Below are positions 17,898-27,909 of a stretch of DNA of 64,000 nt, piece by piece (position 1 is the stretch's first letter; each line of letters opens with the position of its first letter). Location: the IMG/VR virus record IMGVR_UViG_3300028631_000429, positions 6,385 to 70,384 of that record; one strand, 5' to 3'. The notes beneath the pieces were generated by a model. The model was not told where the DNA came from. It made no database searches and saw only the letters and a list, made by a program, of their open reading frames with translations. The DNA is from a virus (lineage: Duplodnaviria > Caudoviricetes). Position numbers and translations under genes: made by a program.

Positions 17898-20410
17898 GAG
17901 CAACCTTATTTCCTTTTCAAGAAGTAGCACTTGCTGACTTACATGAAAAGATACAAAAAGCACATACCCTTTGGAGCGAAAAAGACCCGCAGGTTATTTC
18001 CTTTACCGCTCCCACGGGTGCAGGAAAGACAATTATTATGACCGCTCTGTTTGAGGACATTATTTTCGGTCATGCCTATGGTATAGCTGAGCCTGATTCT
18101 ATTTTTGTCTGGCTTTCAGATATGCCTGAGCTGAATGAACAAACACGCTTAAAAATCGAAAGCAAATCAGATAAATTCCGCGCAAGAGACATCCACATAA
18201 TTGATTCCAACTATGACTCCGAATATTTTGCACCGGGTGGAATCTATTTTTTAAATACACAAAAACTTGGTACAGACAAGCTTCTCACCCAGAAGTCGGA
18301 CCTGCGCCAATATACAATTTGGGAGACACTTGCCAATACTGCAAAGCGCCAACCAAAATCATTTTATATTGTTATAGACGAGGCACACCGAGGTACAGCT
18401 ACACCGCAAGCGGAAAACAGAGCGCAATCCATTATGCAAAAATTTATTAAAGGCAGCAAAGAAGATGGAATGCCTATCATGCCACTTGTTATAGGTGTAA
18501 CTGCAACACCACAGCGTTTTCAACGACTTGTAGCCGATACTACTTCTACTATCCAAAAAGTTGCTGTTCCCCCGGAGGATGTCCGGGAATCCGGCTTATT
18601 GAAAGATAGAATTATAATACATTTCCCTGAAATTGCAATAAATGCTGATATGACAATGTTTAAAGAAGCTGTTGCTAACTGGAAAGATAAATGCGAACGC
18701 TGGGCGGCTTACTCTGACCATGAGGAAATTAAAAATCCTGTTCGCCCTATTCTTGTAGTTCAGGTTGAAGATGGCAATGAACGGTTGATCACTCACACAG
18801 ATTTGGAAAATTGTATCACTGTAATTGAAGATACTCTTGGACGCAAGCTCCGTGCCGGTGAGGCAATTCATACATTTGATAAATATGAAACCATCAAAGT
18901 AGGTGATGTAGATATATACAAAGTGGATGCATCCCGAATTGAACATGATGAAAAGGCGATGGTTGTGTTCTTTAAGATGAACCTTTCCACCGGATGGGAC
19001 TGCCCTCGTGCCGAGACAATGATGTCATTTAGGAACGCCAGTGATTATACTCACATTGCTCAGCTGCTGGGGCGGATGATCCGTACCCCTCTTGCCCGCC
19101 GTGTTGAATCCGATGCTGAATTAAATAATGTCAGCCTTTACCTGCCATTCTTCGATGAGGAAACTGTCAAGATGGTGGAGCAAGCCCTGCGTGATGGTGA
19201 AGCATCTATCCCTGCTGAAACAGGCTCACACAGGGAATTAATCACATTAAAAAGAAATCCTGCTTTTGCAGATGTGTTTAGCGATATGAATTTAATAACA
19301 TATCGCATAGATTCGGCAAGAAAGCAACCAGCTCTACGCAGGCTGATTGCCCTTGCTCGTGCCCTTACCCAAGATATGATTGCACCAGGGGCTCGCAAGA
19401 CTATGTTAAAAAAATTGCTTGATGAATTTGAAAAAGAAATCACTGCTTTAAGAGAATCGGGCAAATTCGAGACCATATCCAAAGCAACTACAGGCTTTGG
19501 CCTCTATTCCCTTACCATCGATTATGGCAGTGATGTTGCAAACAAAATTATGGAATCAAATGAAGTTATCTCGCTTTCGGATTTTGATATGAATAATCTA
19601 TTTGAGCGGGCGGGAAAAATCTTCGGCGAAGGCTTACACAAAGAGTATTGGATTCGTCATGCTACTCGTGAAGCCAAAGATGTAAAGACTGAAATGATTG
19701 TTCTGGCCAGTGACAGTGAAGCAATGGATAGGCTTGAAGCATTTGCCGGTAGGTTATTCAATGAGTTATATGATACCCATCAATCATCCTTCCGCCACTT
19801 AAAGGAAGATCGCAAGGATACATATAGAAAACTTGCACAGTCCTCCACTATTCCAATCGCACTTGATTGGCAGCTGCCCCAGTCTATAGATTTTTCTATA
19901 GGAGAAGATGCTATTGCCTTAGAAAATCATCTTTTTATCCCTTCCGAGGGCGGAGACTTCAAAGTTAGCTTAGGAGATTGGGAAAAGGGTGTTATTGAGG
20001 AAGAGATGCAGGAAGCCAAAGGTGCAGTAGCGTGGCTTCGCAATCTTGATCGTAAAAAATGGTCCCTTGAAATTCCATACGAAGTAGGTGGTGTAACAAC
20101 CCCCATGTTCCCAGACCTTATTGTTGTTCGTACTAATGCAAATGGATATGTTTTTGATATTCTGGAGCCCCATGATCCCAGTCGTAAGGATAACTATCCA
20201 AAGGCCGTTGGTCTTGCAAAGTTTGCCGAAAAACATGGTGAATATTTTGGCCGGATACAGCTTATTCGCAAAGCAAAAGGTGCGGACAAACGAGATCATT
20301 TCTATCGTTTAGATATGAGTAAGCTTAGCATTCGAAATAGAGTTCGTAGTGTAACATCCAATGCTGAACTTGATCGGATTTTTGATGAGGAAGCAATAAC
20401 GGAAGAATAA
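17894..20410 (+). CDS. res: Type III-like restriction subunit (SF2 helicase plus PD-(D/E)xK nuclease)
   Basis: APTGAGKT, IDEAH, TATP, GWDCPR, QLLGRMIR; C-terminal FPDLIVV...ILEPH. Confidence 0.85.
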   Translation: MRATLFPFQEVALADLHEKIQKAHTLWSEKDPQVISFTAPTGAGKTIIMTALFEDIIFGHAYGIAEPDSIFVWLSDMPELNEQTRLKIESKSDKFRARDIHIIDSNYDSEYFAPGGIYFLNTQKLGTDKLLTQKSDLRQYTIWETLANTAKRQPKSFYIVIDEAHRGTATPQAENRAQSIMQKFIKGSKEDGMPIMPLVIGVTATPQRFQRLVADTTSTIQKVAVPPEDVRESGLLKDRIIIHFPEIAINADMTMFKEAVANWKDKCERWAAYSDHEEIKNPVRPILVVQVEDGNERLITHTDLENCITVIEDTLGRKLRAGEAIHTFDKYETIKVGDVDIYKVDASRIEHDEKAMVVFFKMNLSTGWDCPRAETMMSFRNASDYTHIAQLLGRMIRTPLARRVESDAELNNVSLYLPFFDEETVKMVEQALRDGEASIPAETGSHRELITLKRNPAFADVFSDMNLITYRIDSARKQPALRRLIALARALTQDMIAPGARKTMLKKLLDEFEKEITALRESGKFETISKATTGFGLYSLTIDYGSDVANKIMESNEVISLSDFDMNNLFERAGKIFGEGLHKEYWIRHATREAKDVKTEMIVLASDSEAMDRLEAFAGRLFNELYDTHQSSFRHLKEDRKDTYRKLAQSSTIPIALDWQLPQSIDFSIGEDAIALENHLFIPSEGGDFKVSLGDWEKGVIEEEMQEAKGAVAWLRNLDRKKWSLEIPYEVGGVTTPMFPDLIVVRTNANGYVFDILEPHDPSRKDNYPKAVGLAKFAEKHGEYFGRIQLIRKAKGADKRDHFYRLDMSKLSIRNRVRSVTSNAELDRIFDEEAITEE

Positions 20411-20442
20411 TATTTCAGATATTATTAACAGGAGGAGAAATA

Positions 20443-22212
20443 ATGGCATTTCAAACTGCACTTACAATAAAAGAAGCTATTGCCAGCATTCATAGTAAAA
20501 AGTATTTGCTACCTTCTATCCAAAGAGAATTTGTATGGGATGTAGACCAGATTACCCAATTATTTGATAGCCTTATGCTTGGCTATCCCATAGGCTCATT
20601 CCTGTTTTGGGAAGTCGGCAAACAAAATGGCAATGAATTTGTTTTTTATGAATTTCTCAGGAATTATCATGAAAGGGATTGCCGTCACAACACCAAAGCA
20701 AGTATTACCGGTAGTGAATCTATCACAGCTATTTTAGATGGGCAACAGCGGCTAACATCTCTCTATGTTGGGCTGATGGGAACATACGCTTATAAGAAAC
20801 CATATTTCCGTTATGATAATCCCAAGGCCTACCCAGTTAGAAAGCTGTATTTGAATTTACTTAGCAAGTCTGAAGATGATGACTGGTTTTATGATTTTTC
20901 ATTTTTAACTAATGATGAATGCTCCAATGATGAAGATCACTATTGGTTTGCTGTGGGCGATATACTTAAATTCAACGAATTAACCGATGTGGTTATTTAC
21001 TTGCAGCAAAAGGTTGTTCCATATTTGCTAAAATCAGCACAGGATTCAGGTAAAGAATATGACACAGAAAAGGGTACCTTTGCAACAGATACACTGAGTA
21101 AATTATGGAAAGCCGTTCATAGTGACGGTACGATTAGCTATTATCTTGAAAAAAGCAACGAGCTTGATAAGGTACTCAATATTTTCATACGGGTAAATAG
21201 CGGAGGAACACAGCTTAGTTATTCTGATTTACTGCTGTCTATTGCGTCAGCACAATGGGACCAGCTGGATGCCCGGGAAGAAATCCATCAGGCGGTTGAT
21301 GACTTGAATCGCATCGGACGAGGATTTAATGTCAATAAAGATTTTATCCTTAAAGCCTGCTTAGTACTCTGCGATTTTCCGGATATCGCTTTTAAGATTG
21401 ATAATTTTAATCATACCAATATGATGAAAATTCAGCATGAGTGGGAAAACATCATAACAGCCCTAAGGGAGGCAGTCACTTTAGTTGCCCGCCTCGGTTT
21501 TAATAGGGACAATATAACATCTAATAACTTGCTCATCCCCATAGCCTATTACATAAAACATATTGGACTACCCACAAATTTTGCTGCATCGCCTAAAAAT
21601 GCGGAGAATGTACGGAAAATTAAGAAATGGTTTGTCAGTGCCATGCTGAAGCGTGTCTTTAGCTCTCAGCCTGATGGTGTCCTTCGCCCTGTTCGAGAGA
21701 CTATTCAAAAAAATGACAAGGCTGACTTTCCTTTTGAGAAAATTGTTGACAGGTTTAAGGGTACAAACAGGACTCATGAGTTTACGGATGCGGATATTGA
21801 AAACCTGCTGTTCCAAAAATTTGGACAAGGGGATACTTTGGTTATAATGTCCATCCTCTACCCTTGGGCGGACATGAACAATTTATTTCATGTTGATCAT
21901 ATATTCCCCAAAGCAGAATTTACGGAAAGGAAATTACGCCGTAGGGGAATTGGAGATATAACCGATTTTATTAGCAATTTTAACTATCTTGGTAATCTTC
22001 AACTTCTTGAAGGACTTGATAATACTTCCAAGAAGGATAAGGATTACAAACAGTGGTTTGAAACAAATTTACCCACGGCAGAAGCCAAACGGGAGTACTG
22101 TCAAAGACATTTAATTCCTTCTGACATTGATCTTTCATTTACAAACTTCCCGGAATTTTTTGACGCTCGAGAAGCCCTGATTATTGAAAAGCTAAAAAAA
22201 GAATTGCAATAA
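20443..22212 (+). CDS. GmrSD-like DUF262/DUF1524 nuclease (type IV restriction-like)
   Basis: LPSIQREFVW, LDGQQRLTS, FIRVNSGG; C-terminal HVDHIFP and LGNLQLL HNH motifs. Confidence 0.88.
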   Translation: MAFQTALTIKEAIASIHSKKYLLPSIQREFVWDVDQITQLFDSLMLGYPIGSFLFWEVGKQNGNEFVFYEFLRNYHERDCRHNTKASITGSESITAILDGQQRLTSLYVGLMGTYAYKKPYFRYDNPKAYPVRKLYLNLLSKSEDDDWFYDFSFLTNDECSNDEDHYWFAVGDILKFNELTDVVIYLQQKVVPYLLKSAQDSGKEYDTEKGTFATDTLSKLWKAVHSDGTISYYLEKSNELDKVLNIFIRVNSGGTQLSYSDLLLSIASAQWDQLDAREEIHQAVDDLNRIGRGFNVNKDFILKACLVLCDFPDIAFKIDNFNHTNMMKIQHEWENIITALREAVTLVARLGFNRDNITSNNLLIPIAYYIKHIGLPTNFAASPKNAENVRKIKKWFVSAMLKRVFSSQPDGVLRPVRETIQKNDKADFPFEKIVDRFKGTNRTHEFTDADIENLLFQKFGQGDTLVIMSILYPWADMNNLFHVDHIFPKAEFTERKLRRRGIGDITDFISNFNYLGNLQLLEGLDNTSKKDKDYKQWFETNLPTAEAKREYCQRHLIPSDIDLSFTNFPEFFDAREALIIEKLKKELQ

Positions 22213-22229
22213 CTGTGAGGTGAATACCA

Positions 22230-23252
22230 ATGCCTTTTACAATCGTCCGACAGGACATCACAAAAATGAAAACCGATGCAATTGTTAATGCTGCAAATAC
22301 AGAACTTAAAATGGGCGGCGGTGTTTGCGGTGCAATATTTCAAGCGGCTGGGAAAAACGAACTACAGGAAGCCTGCAATGGGCTTTCACCTATAAAAGTA
22401 AGTGATGCGGTAATTACACCGGGCTTTGCTTTATCGGCAAGTTACATTATTCATGCTGCAGGACCGGTCTATGATCCTTCAAGCCCCAAGGAAAGCGAGG
22501 AATTACTTCGATTAGCTTATCTAAACTCTCTTAATCTTGCCGAAGACTATAAGTGCAAAAGCATCGCTTTTCCCCTTATTTCAAGCGGCATTTATGGATA
22601 TCCGAAGGATGAAGCGCTCAAGGTAGCGACTACTGCAATCAAGGATTTTCTTGGCAATCATGACATGGATATCTATCTGGCCGTATTCGATAAAGATGCA
22701 TTTATGGTCAGCGAGAAGCTGCTGGGAGAAGTTGCAAGCTATATTGATGACAACTATATTGAAAAGCATAAACTATCCCGGCGAGAGCTGCTTGATATTG
22801 AGCGAAGAGCCTTAGCTGATGTTGACCATATAGAATATGACTCACCAATGCCGCAAATTTCAGAAGAGGTACTTAAGGCCCCAGCAGGCATTGATGACTT
22901 AATAGATAATCTCGATGAGCCCTTTTCGACAACTCTCCTACGCTTAATTGATGCCAAGGACAAAACTGATGTGGAGGTTTATAAGCGTGCCAACCTTGAT
23001 AGGAAGCTGTTTTCAAAAATAAGAACCGGTAAAGGCTACATGCCCAGCAAACGAACAGCTATTGCCCTGGCCGTTGCCTTAGAGCTTAACCTTGATGAAA
23101 CAGACGATCTCCTGGAACGGGCCGGTTATACCTTATCTCGCAGTCAAAAATTTGATGTGATTATAGAATATTTTATCATCAACGGCAAATATGATATTTT
23201 TGAAATTAACGAGGTATTGTTCAAATATGACCAGCCCTTGTTAGGGGGATAA
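22230..23252 (+). CDS. Macro domain fused to XRE-like HTH
   Basis: IVNAAN, GGGVCGAIF, FPLISSGIYGYP; C-terminal VYKRANLDRKLFSKIR helix-turn-helix. Confidence 0.88.
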   Translation: MPFTIVRQDITKMKTDAIVNAANTELKMGGGVCGAIFQAAGKNELQEACNGLSPIKVSDAVITPGFALSASYIIHAAGPVYDPSSPKESEELLRLAYLNSLNLAEDYKCKSIAFPLISSGIYGYPKDEALKVATTAIKDFLGNHDMDIYLAVFDKDAFMVSEKLLGEVASYIDDNYIEKHKLSRRELLDIERRALADVDHIEYDSPMPQISEEVLKAPAGIDDLIDNLDEPFSTTLLRLIDAKDKTDVEVYKRANLDRKLFSKIRTGKGYMPSKRTAIALAVALELNLDETDDLLERAGYTLSRSQKFDVIIEYFIINGKYDIFEINEVLFKYDQPLLGG

Positions 23253-23256
23253 GCAA

Positions 23257-23712
23257 ATGAATTATGTAAAAGAAATAGATTCTTTAATTCAGGGAGTTTC
23301 CTTAGCAATTGGCAAGCCGATTCCCAGAGAAAAATATGAAATACTTGATAGGGGTTTGCCTCATACACAACCTACACGGTTGCCTTTCGGAAAAATGGCA
23401 GTATATATGTTTTTGTTTAATAGCGAGTTTCTAAAGATTGGAAAGGCTAACCATCGCAGCAATGCGAGATTCTGCAGCCATCATTATAGCCTTAGTGCAC
23501 CATCAACGCTTGCAAAATCTTTGCTTGCAGATGATGAGATGATTAGTTTTAATATAACTCCTTCCAATGTGAAGGATTGGATTAAAACTAACTGCCGCAG
23601 GATTGACATTATTATTGATGCGGATTTAGGGGTTTTCGCTCTGGATTTAATCGAAGGAATTATGCACTATAAATACGAACCCAGATATGAGGGTTTTGCC
23701 TCACAAAGATAG
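23257..23712 (+). CDS. Hypothetical protein, possibly GIY-YIG-like nuclease
   Basis: AVYMF...FLKIGKA...NARFCSHHY and late E (LIEG) follow the GIY-YIG spacing pattern. Confidence 0.5.
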   Translation: MNYVKEIDSLIQGVSLAIGKPIPREKYEILDRGLPHTQPTRLPFGKMAVYMFLFNSEFLKIGKANHRSNARFCSHHYSLSAPSTLAKSLLADDEMISFNITPSNVKDWIKTNCRRIDIIIDADLGVFALDLIEGIMHYKYEPRYEGFASQR

Positions 23713-23791
23713 TTGTCGCTTTTCAAACGACCTATGGTTCTGCTTTATAGGTTATCCTTAAGTCACAATAAAACTTAAGGAGGACAATTCA

Positions 23792-24445
23792 ATGAAAAAA
23801 GGATTAACAGAACTGGTATTTATACTGGACAAAAGCGGCTCCATGAGCGGACTTGAAAAGGATACAATCGGCGGATATAATTCAATGCTTGCAAAGCAAA
23901 AGAATATACAAGGTGATTGCCTTATTACTACCGTGCTTTTTGATAACAATTACGAGCTGCTTCATGATCGCATCGATATTAGAGCGGTTAGCCCCATCAC
24001 CGAAAAAGAATACCAAGTTGGCGGTTCAACGGCACTACTTGATGCAATAGGCAGTACAATTAATAAGATTGGCAATGCCCAAAAACATACAGCTGAAGAA
24101 TATCGTGCAGAAAAGGTAATGTTCGTTATTATCACAGACGGCGAAGAAAATTCCAGCCGTGAATATTCCGCTGAAAAAGTCAAATCACAGATTGAAAGAC
24201 AAAAATCAAAATATAACTGGGAATTTATTTTTCTTGGAGCAAACATAGACGCAGTTCATACCGCCAGACAGTTTGGTATAGGCGAAGACCGGGCAATGGA
24301 CTACATTGCAGATAGCGAAGGAACAGCCCTTAACTACTCTGTTATGAGTGATGTCGTCTCTGAATTTCGAGAAAAGACAACTATATCAGATAAGCACTTT
24401 GATGAAATAAGAAAGGATGCAAAAAAGCGTGGTGGACAAAGATGA
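23792..24445 (+). CDS. Stand-alone vWA domain protein
   Basis: MIDAS DKSGSM, GGSTALLDAIG, IITDGEENSS, FLGAN. Confidence 0.9.
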   Translation: MKKGLTELVFILDKSGSMSGLEKDTIGGYNSMLAKQKNIQGDCLITTVLFDNNYELLHDRIDIRAVSPITEKEYQVGGSTALLDAIGSTINKIGNAQKHTAEEYRAEKVMFVIITDGEENSSREYSAEKVKSQIERQKSKYNWEFIFLGANIDAVHTARQFGIGEDRAMDYIADSEGTALNYSVMSDVVSEFREKTTISDKHFDEIRKDAKKRGGQR

Positions 24446-24628
24446 AGCCTGATGAAATGCCATCTACAAATATTTCTAAGCTCTGGATCTCTAATAATCA
24501 AAAGGATTGGTTGGATGCCGGTATCCTGCTAGAGCAGTGCAAAAGCAGAAGAATTAAATCAATTATTTCAAACAGATAAATGGACACCAAGAAAAATTGA
24601 TAAAGTGCTTTGGGCTTATAGAGAATAA
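24442..24628 (+). pseudogene. Internally deleted remnant coupled to the vWA gene
   Basis: ATGA overlap; MKPDEMPSTNISKLWISNNQKDWLDA then, in another frame, KAEELNQLFQTDKWTPRKIDKVLWAYRE*. Confidence 0.5.
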
Positions 24629-24773
24629 AATAAGCATATATTTTTGAGTAATGTACTTCTCTAAATAATATTACAGATAAGTAATCTAAGATACTATGTT
24701 CTTTCTCTGTAATAATATCTTTTAGAGTGAGAGGTTCTGGGTAGTTCACCATGAACCGAGGCTGGGTTCAGCT

Positions 24774-24815
24774 AAAGCACATAGTTCCCCCTTGGCGGAA
24801 ACTATGTGCTTTTTT
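24774..24815. terminator. Bidirectional intrinsic terminator between defence cluster and conjugation operon
   Basis: 13-bp perfect IR AAAGCACATAGTT/AACTATGTGCTTT with T-run; convergent genes either side. Confidence 0.8.
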
Positions 24816-24830
24816 CTTACTAATCTAATC

Positions 24831-25100
24831 TTATTTCAAAATTAATCTATTGCTGGTGTGGCTTCCATTTTCCCGATAGCGAGTCTCCTTTTCTACCAAT
24901 CCGGCTTTGGTAAGATCATGGAGCGCCCTCTTAATAGTACTGCGTGATAAATCCAAGTCAGAGGCAATAGTTTTTACTGCCGGCCAGCAGTCCTGCCCCT
25001 TACCTGCACGGTCTTTTAAATACATATAAACAACCCTTGCCCTTGAGGGTAACTCATCAGGCGAGGCCTTATACAAATGATCAAAATATCCCATGTTCAA
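24831..25100 (-). CDS. Small winged-HTH protein (HTH_36, replication-initiator-like N-domain)
   Basis: RARVVYMYL...CWPAVKTIASDLDLSRSTIKRALHDLTKAGLV. Confidence 0.8.
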   Translation of the reverse strand: MNMGYFDHLYKASPDELPSRARVVYMYLKDRAGKGQDCWPAVKTIASDLDLSRSTIKRALHDLTKAGLVEKETRYRENGSHTSNRLILK

Positions 25101-25111
25101 TCCCCTTTCTT

Positions 25112-26941
25112 TTAAGATGTCCGTACATGGGTGCGGCGCTTTGATGTATCTGTTTGTGGTTCGGTAACAGGGGTATGCAAAGTACCAGTGCCGCCCTCTT
25201 CCTCCAATAATTCACCAGTTTCAGTATCAACAGCGACAAATGCTGAATGACGGCGCATTATATTTTCCTCTAGTATTTGTTTATCTGCATAGTTGACCTT
25301 TCGATGGGCACGTTCTGCTACTGTATAAACACTATCAAAGGTAATGCCCCAATCTAAGAATAAACTCAGCTTGGCTTTCATGGGATGAGTGCCGGTTTTC
25401 ATGACTACGAAGTTTCCTTTTGGAATAGACTTCAGTTCATCTGCTGTCATGAGAGGACGCTCCATCATCTGTAAAGATTGGCTGGGGTCATTTTTGCCGC
25501 GGCTGATGCTACCACTCATGACGGTACGGCTGCCCATCGCCTTGGACAGTACCTCGGCAGTCTGGCTGTTGGGTGCAAAGCCACCGAAGATAGTATCCTG
25601 GCAGTTATCAACGATAATTTCGGAGCCTTCTTTCCCATAGTTTTTTTCAAGCTGGCCAAAACTTTGAATGATAGGTACCATGGTCAGGCGGCGGGAACGG
25701 CTGGCAGAAAAAATCAGTTCCAGCGAATCAATTGCAGGAAGTGTACCAAGCTCATCACAGTAAAATACTACTCTGTTTTTCAGCTTACCTTCATTTTCAT
25801 CGGCTACTGCTAAAATTTCACGATAGAGCTGTTGAATCATCAGGCTGACCATAAAATATTTCGTTAAATCTTCTTCCGGGAGAACAATAAATAATGCTGA
25901 TTTTTCATTTACAAACTTTTCTGCATCCACGGCTGTATCAAAACACAAAATCTGCTCCATCTCGGAATCAAGAAAAGAATTTAGCCTTGAGAGTACCGTA
26001 GAGAGAACAGACATCATGGCTTGCTCTGCTGAGTTGAGTGCCGCCCCTGCAAACCATCGTGCTTTATGGTCTCCGGGGAGCTTATCCATTAAAAGCTGGA
26101 ACTGGCTTTTACCTTTCACTTTGCTTGGAGCAAGTAAATCCTGCACCAATTTGAATACGCTTATAATGTGACGACAATCAGTGATTGAGCCATCCCCATT
26201 TTTTGTCGGAGGAAGATATTCTGCGATTAACAAAATCACAGCAGTAAGAAGTCCTTCGGCGGCATCATAGAAAAACTGATTTTGTCCGTAATTTTCGCCA
26301 CCCGCATTGATTATGGTTTTGGCAATAATCTTTGCATATTTTTCTGACTTAGCTTTCGCAACAAGATTCCTTTCATCAGCTCTATGTGAATCCATATATT
26401 TATTAACAAGGTGAAGCATATTGTTACCATCCGAGCGGGTTGGATTACGTAAATCAATGACTGCCACATGGTAGCCATAGTAGTCACGGGCAATAGCTCC
26501 GTAATTTCGATAGAGATCTCCTTTGGTATCGGTGGTGAGAAAGCTCATGCCGCTGGCACAGGCATATTCAAGGTTAGGATAAAGAAAAAAAGCAGTCTTA
26601 CCCACACCGGATGCACCAATCATCAGGCAATGGACATCATCTGTGTCTACCAGTGCAGTAAGTTCATTTTTCTTGCCTGTGCTTCCAAGGATTAACCCCT
26701 GCTGATTAACTTGAGGTAGTGCCATACCCCTTCTCCACTCCTTTGGCTTAAATGGAATGTGTTTGTAGGTGCTTTTGATTTCATTCTTGGTAGCAAATCT
26801 TGCTGTACCATGTTGCCCATCACCCACTGTACGGGATTTGATTCCATTGAGGGTATAGTAATGAGCTAAAAGCGAAAGACCGCCGATGACTGAAAACATC
26901 ACGGCGGTCGCTGCTATGAGAATATAAACTTGAGATATCAT
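25112..26941 (-). CDS. virD4: VirD4-like type IV coupling protein
   Basis: N-terminal TM, GQHGTARFA, Walker A GASGVGKT, Walker B YCDELG, IIQSFGQL. Confidence 0.93.
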   Translation of the reverse strand: MISQVYILIAATAVMFSVIGGLSLLAHYYTLNGIKSRTVGDGQHGTARFATKNEIKSTYKHIPFKPKEWRRGMALPQVNQQGLILGSTGKKNELTALVDTDDVHCLMIGASGVGKTAFFLYPNLEYACASGMSFLTTDTKGDLYRNYGAIARDYYGYHVAVIDLRNPTRSDGNNMLHLVNKYMDSHRADERNLVAKAKSEKYAKIIAKTIINAGGENYGQNQFFYDAAEGLLTAVILLIAEYLPPTKNGDGSITDCRHIISVFKLVQDLLAPSKVKGKSQFQLLMDKLPGDHKARWFAGAALNSAEQAMMSVLSTVLSRLNSFLDSEMEQILCFDTAVDAEKFVNEKSALFIVLPEEDLTKYFMVSLMIQQLYREILAVADENEGKLKNRVVFYCDELGTLPAIDSLELIFSASRSRRLTMVPIIQSFGQLEKNYGKEGSEIIVDNCQDTIFGGFAPNSQTAEVLSKAMGSRTVMSGSISRGKNDPSQSLQMMERPLMTADELKSIPKGNFVVMKTGTHPMKAKLSLFLDWGITFDSVYTVAERAHRKVNYADKQILEENIMRRHSAFVAVDTETGELLEEEGGTGTLHTPVTEPQTDTSKRRTHVRTS

Positions 26942-26958
26942 GGATAACTCCTTTCTTC

Positions 26959-27900
26959 TTATGCCATTCTCATTTCAAAGCCTCCCTGTACCTGCTGGCT
27001 GCTTATTAAATCATCATTCCAGTCCTTACCTTGGGACATAAGCAGGGAGCACCTATATTCACTTTCCTTAAGCTGATTTTTCAGCCGTTCCGATGCCTTA
27101 TGACCTGCCTCGTCATTATCAAGACAGAGGGTTACCTCTTTAAGGTGCAGATTTAGCTCAAGCATTTTCATCATTGATTGGCTGCCTACTCCGCAAAGGG
27201 CAACATAGCTGTGAGCTTGCCAATCCTGTGGCTGCAGTGTGATGTAAGATAGTAAATCAATAGGCGCCTCAAAAACATAAAGACGATCACTGCTGCCGAT
27301 ATAATGAAAACTATATGCCGGATTGCATCCATCCACATTTCCTTTGAAGCTGATGCCCTTGGTATAAAGTCCTCGCTTGTGTGCATGACGAGGCACTCCT
27401 TTTTCATCCAATCCAACGAACACCGCATTATGATATTTTTTGTTACCATCTTTTGATTTTTCGCAGGATTCATAAAGCAATTTTTCTTTGGCAAAGAAAC
27501 TGACTACATCACGGTCTATCTTTCTCGTTTTTACAAGGTAAGCGTAAACCCTGCGCATATCTGAATGTGCATCAGGCAGTTTGAAGGGTTTTGGCTCTTC
27601 CTGTCTTTTTTTCTTCGCAGGGGTATATTCAATACCCTGTTCACCGCCTAACAATAAAATTACTGCATCAGGGAAAGACAAGTTATAAAAGTCCTTAACG
27701 AAATCTATGGCATAGCCGCCACGCTCTTTTGAATGATCATACCATTCGTTACCACGGACAGTGATGCTGCGGTCTGATTCAAGCCGCTTTTCTCTGCCGC
27801 TGGCAATAAGCTTTTCACCTTGGCGGTATAAAAAATCTATAAGATCAACATTATTGGCACGATATTTTTGTTCCTCCGTAAAATGAATATAGTTTCCCAT
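26959..27900 (-). CDS. DUF3991/toprim domain protein
   Basis: YVFEAPIDLLSY and LCLDNDEAG toprim motifs; GKDWND. Confidence 0.85.
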   Translation of the reverse strand: MGNYIHFTEEQKYRANNVDLIDFLYRQGEKLIASGREKRLESDRSITVRGNEWYDHSKERGGYAIDFVKDFYNLSFPDAVILLLGGEQGIEYTPAKKKRQEEPKPFKLPDAHSDMRRVYAYLVKTRKIDRDVVSFFAKEKLLYESCEKSKDGNKKYHNAVFVGLDEKGVPRHAHKRGLYTKGISFKGNVDGCNPAYSFHYIGSSDRLYVFEAPIDLLSYITLQPQDWQAHSYVALCGVGSQSMMKMLELNLHLKEVTLCLDNDEAGHKASERLKNQLKESEYRCSLLMSQGKDWNDDLISSQQVQGGFEMRMA

Positions 27901-27909
27901 AGGTGCCTC

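Noticed and set aside
24498-24752. 84-aa minus-strand ORF
   Set aside because: Antisense to the plus-strand remnant, no RBS, low-complexity AT-rich composition.
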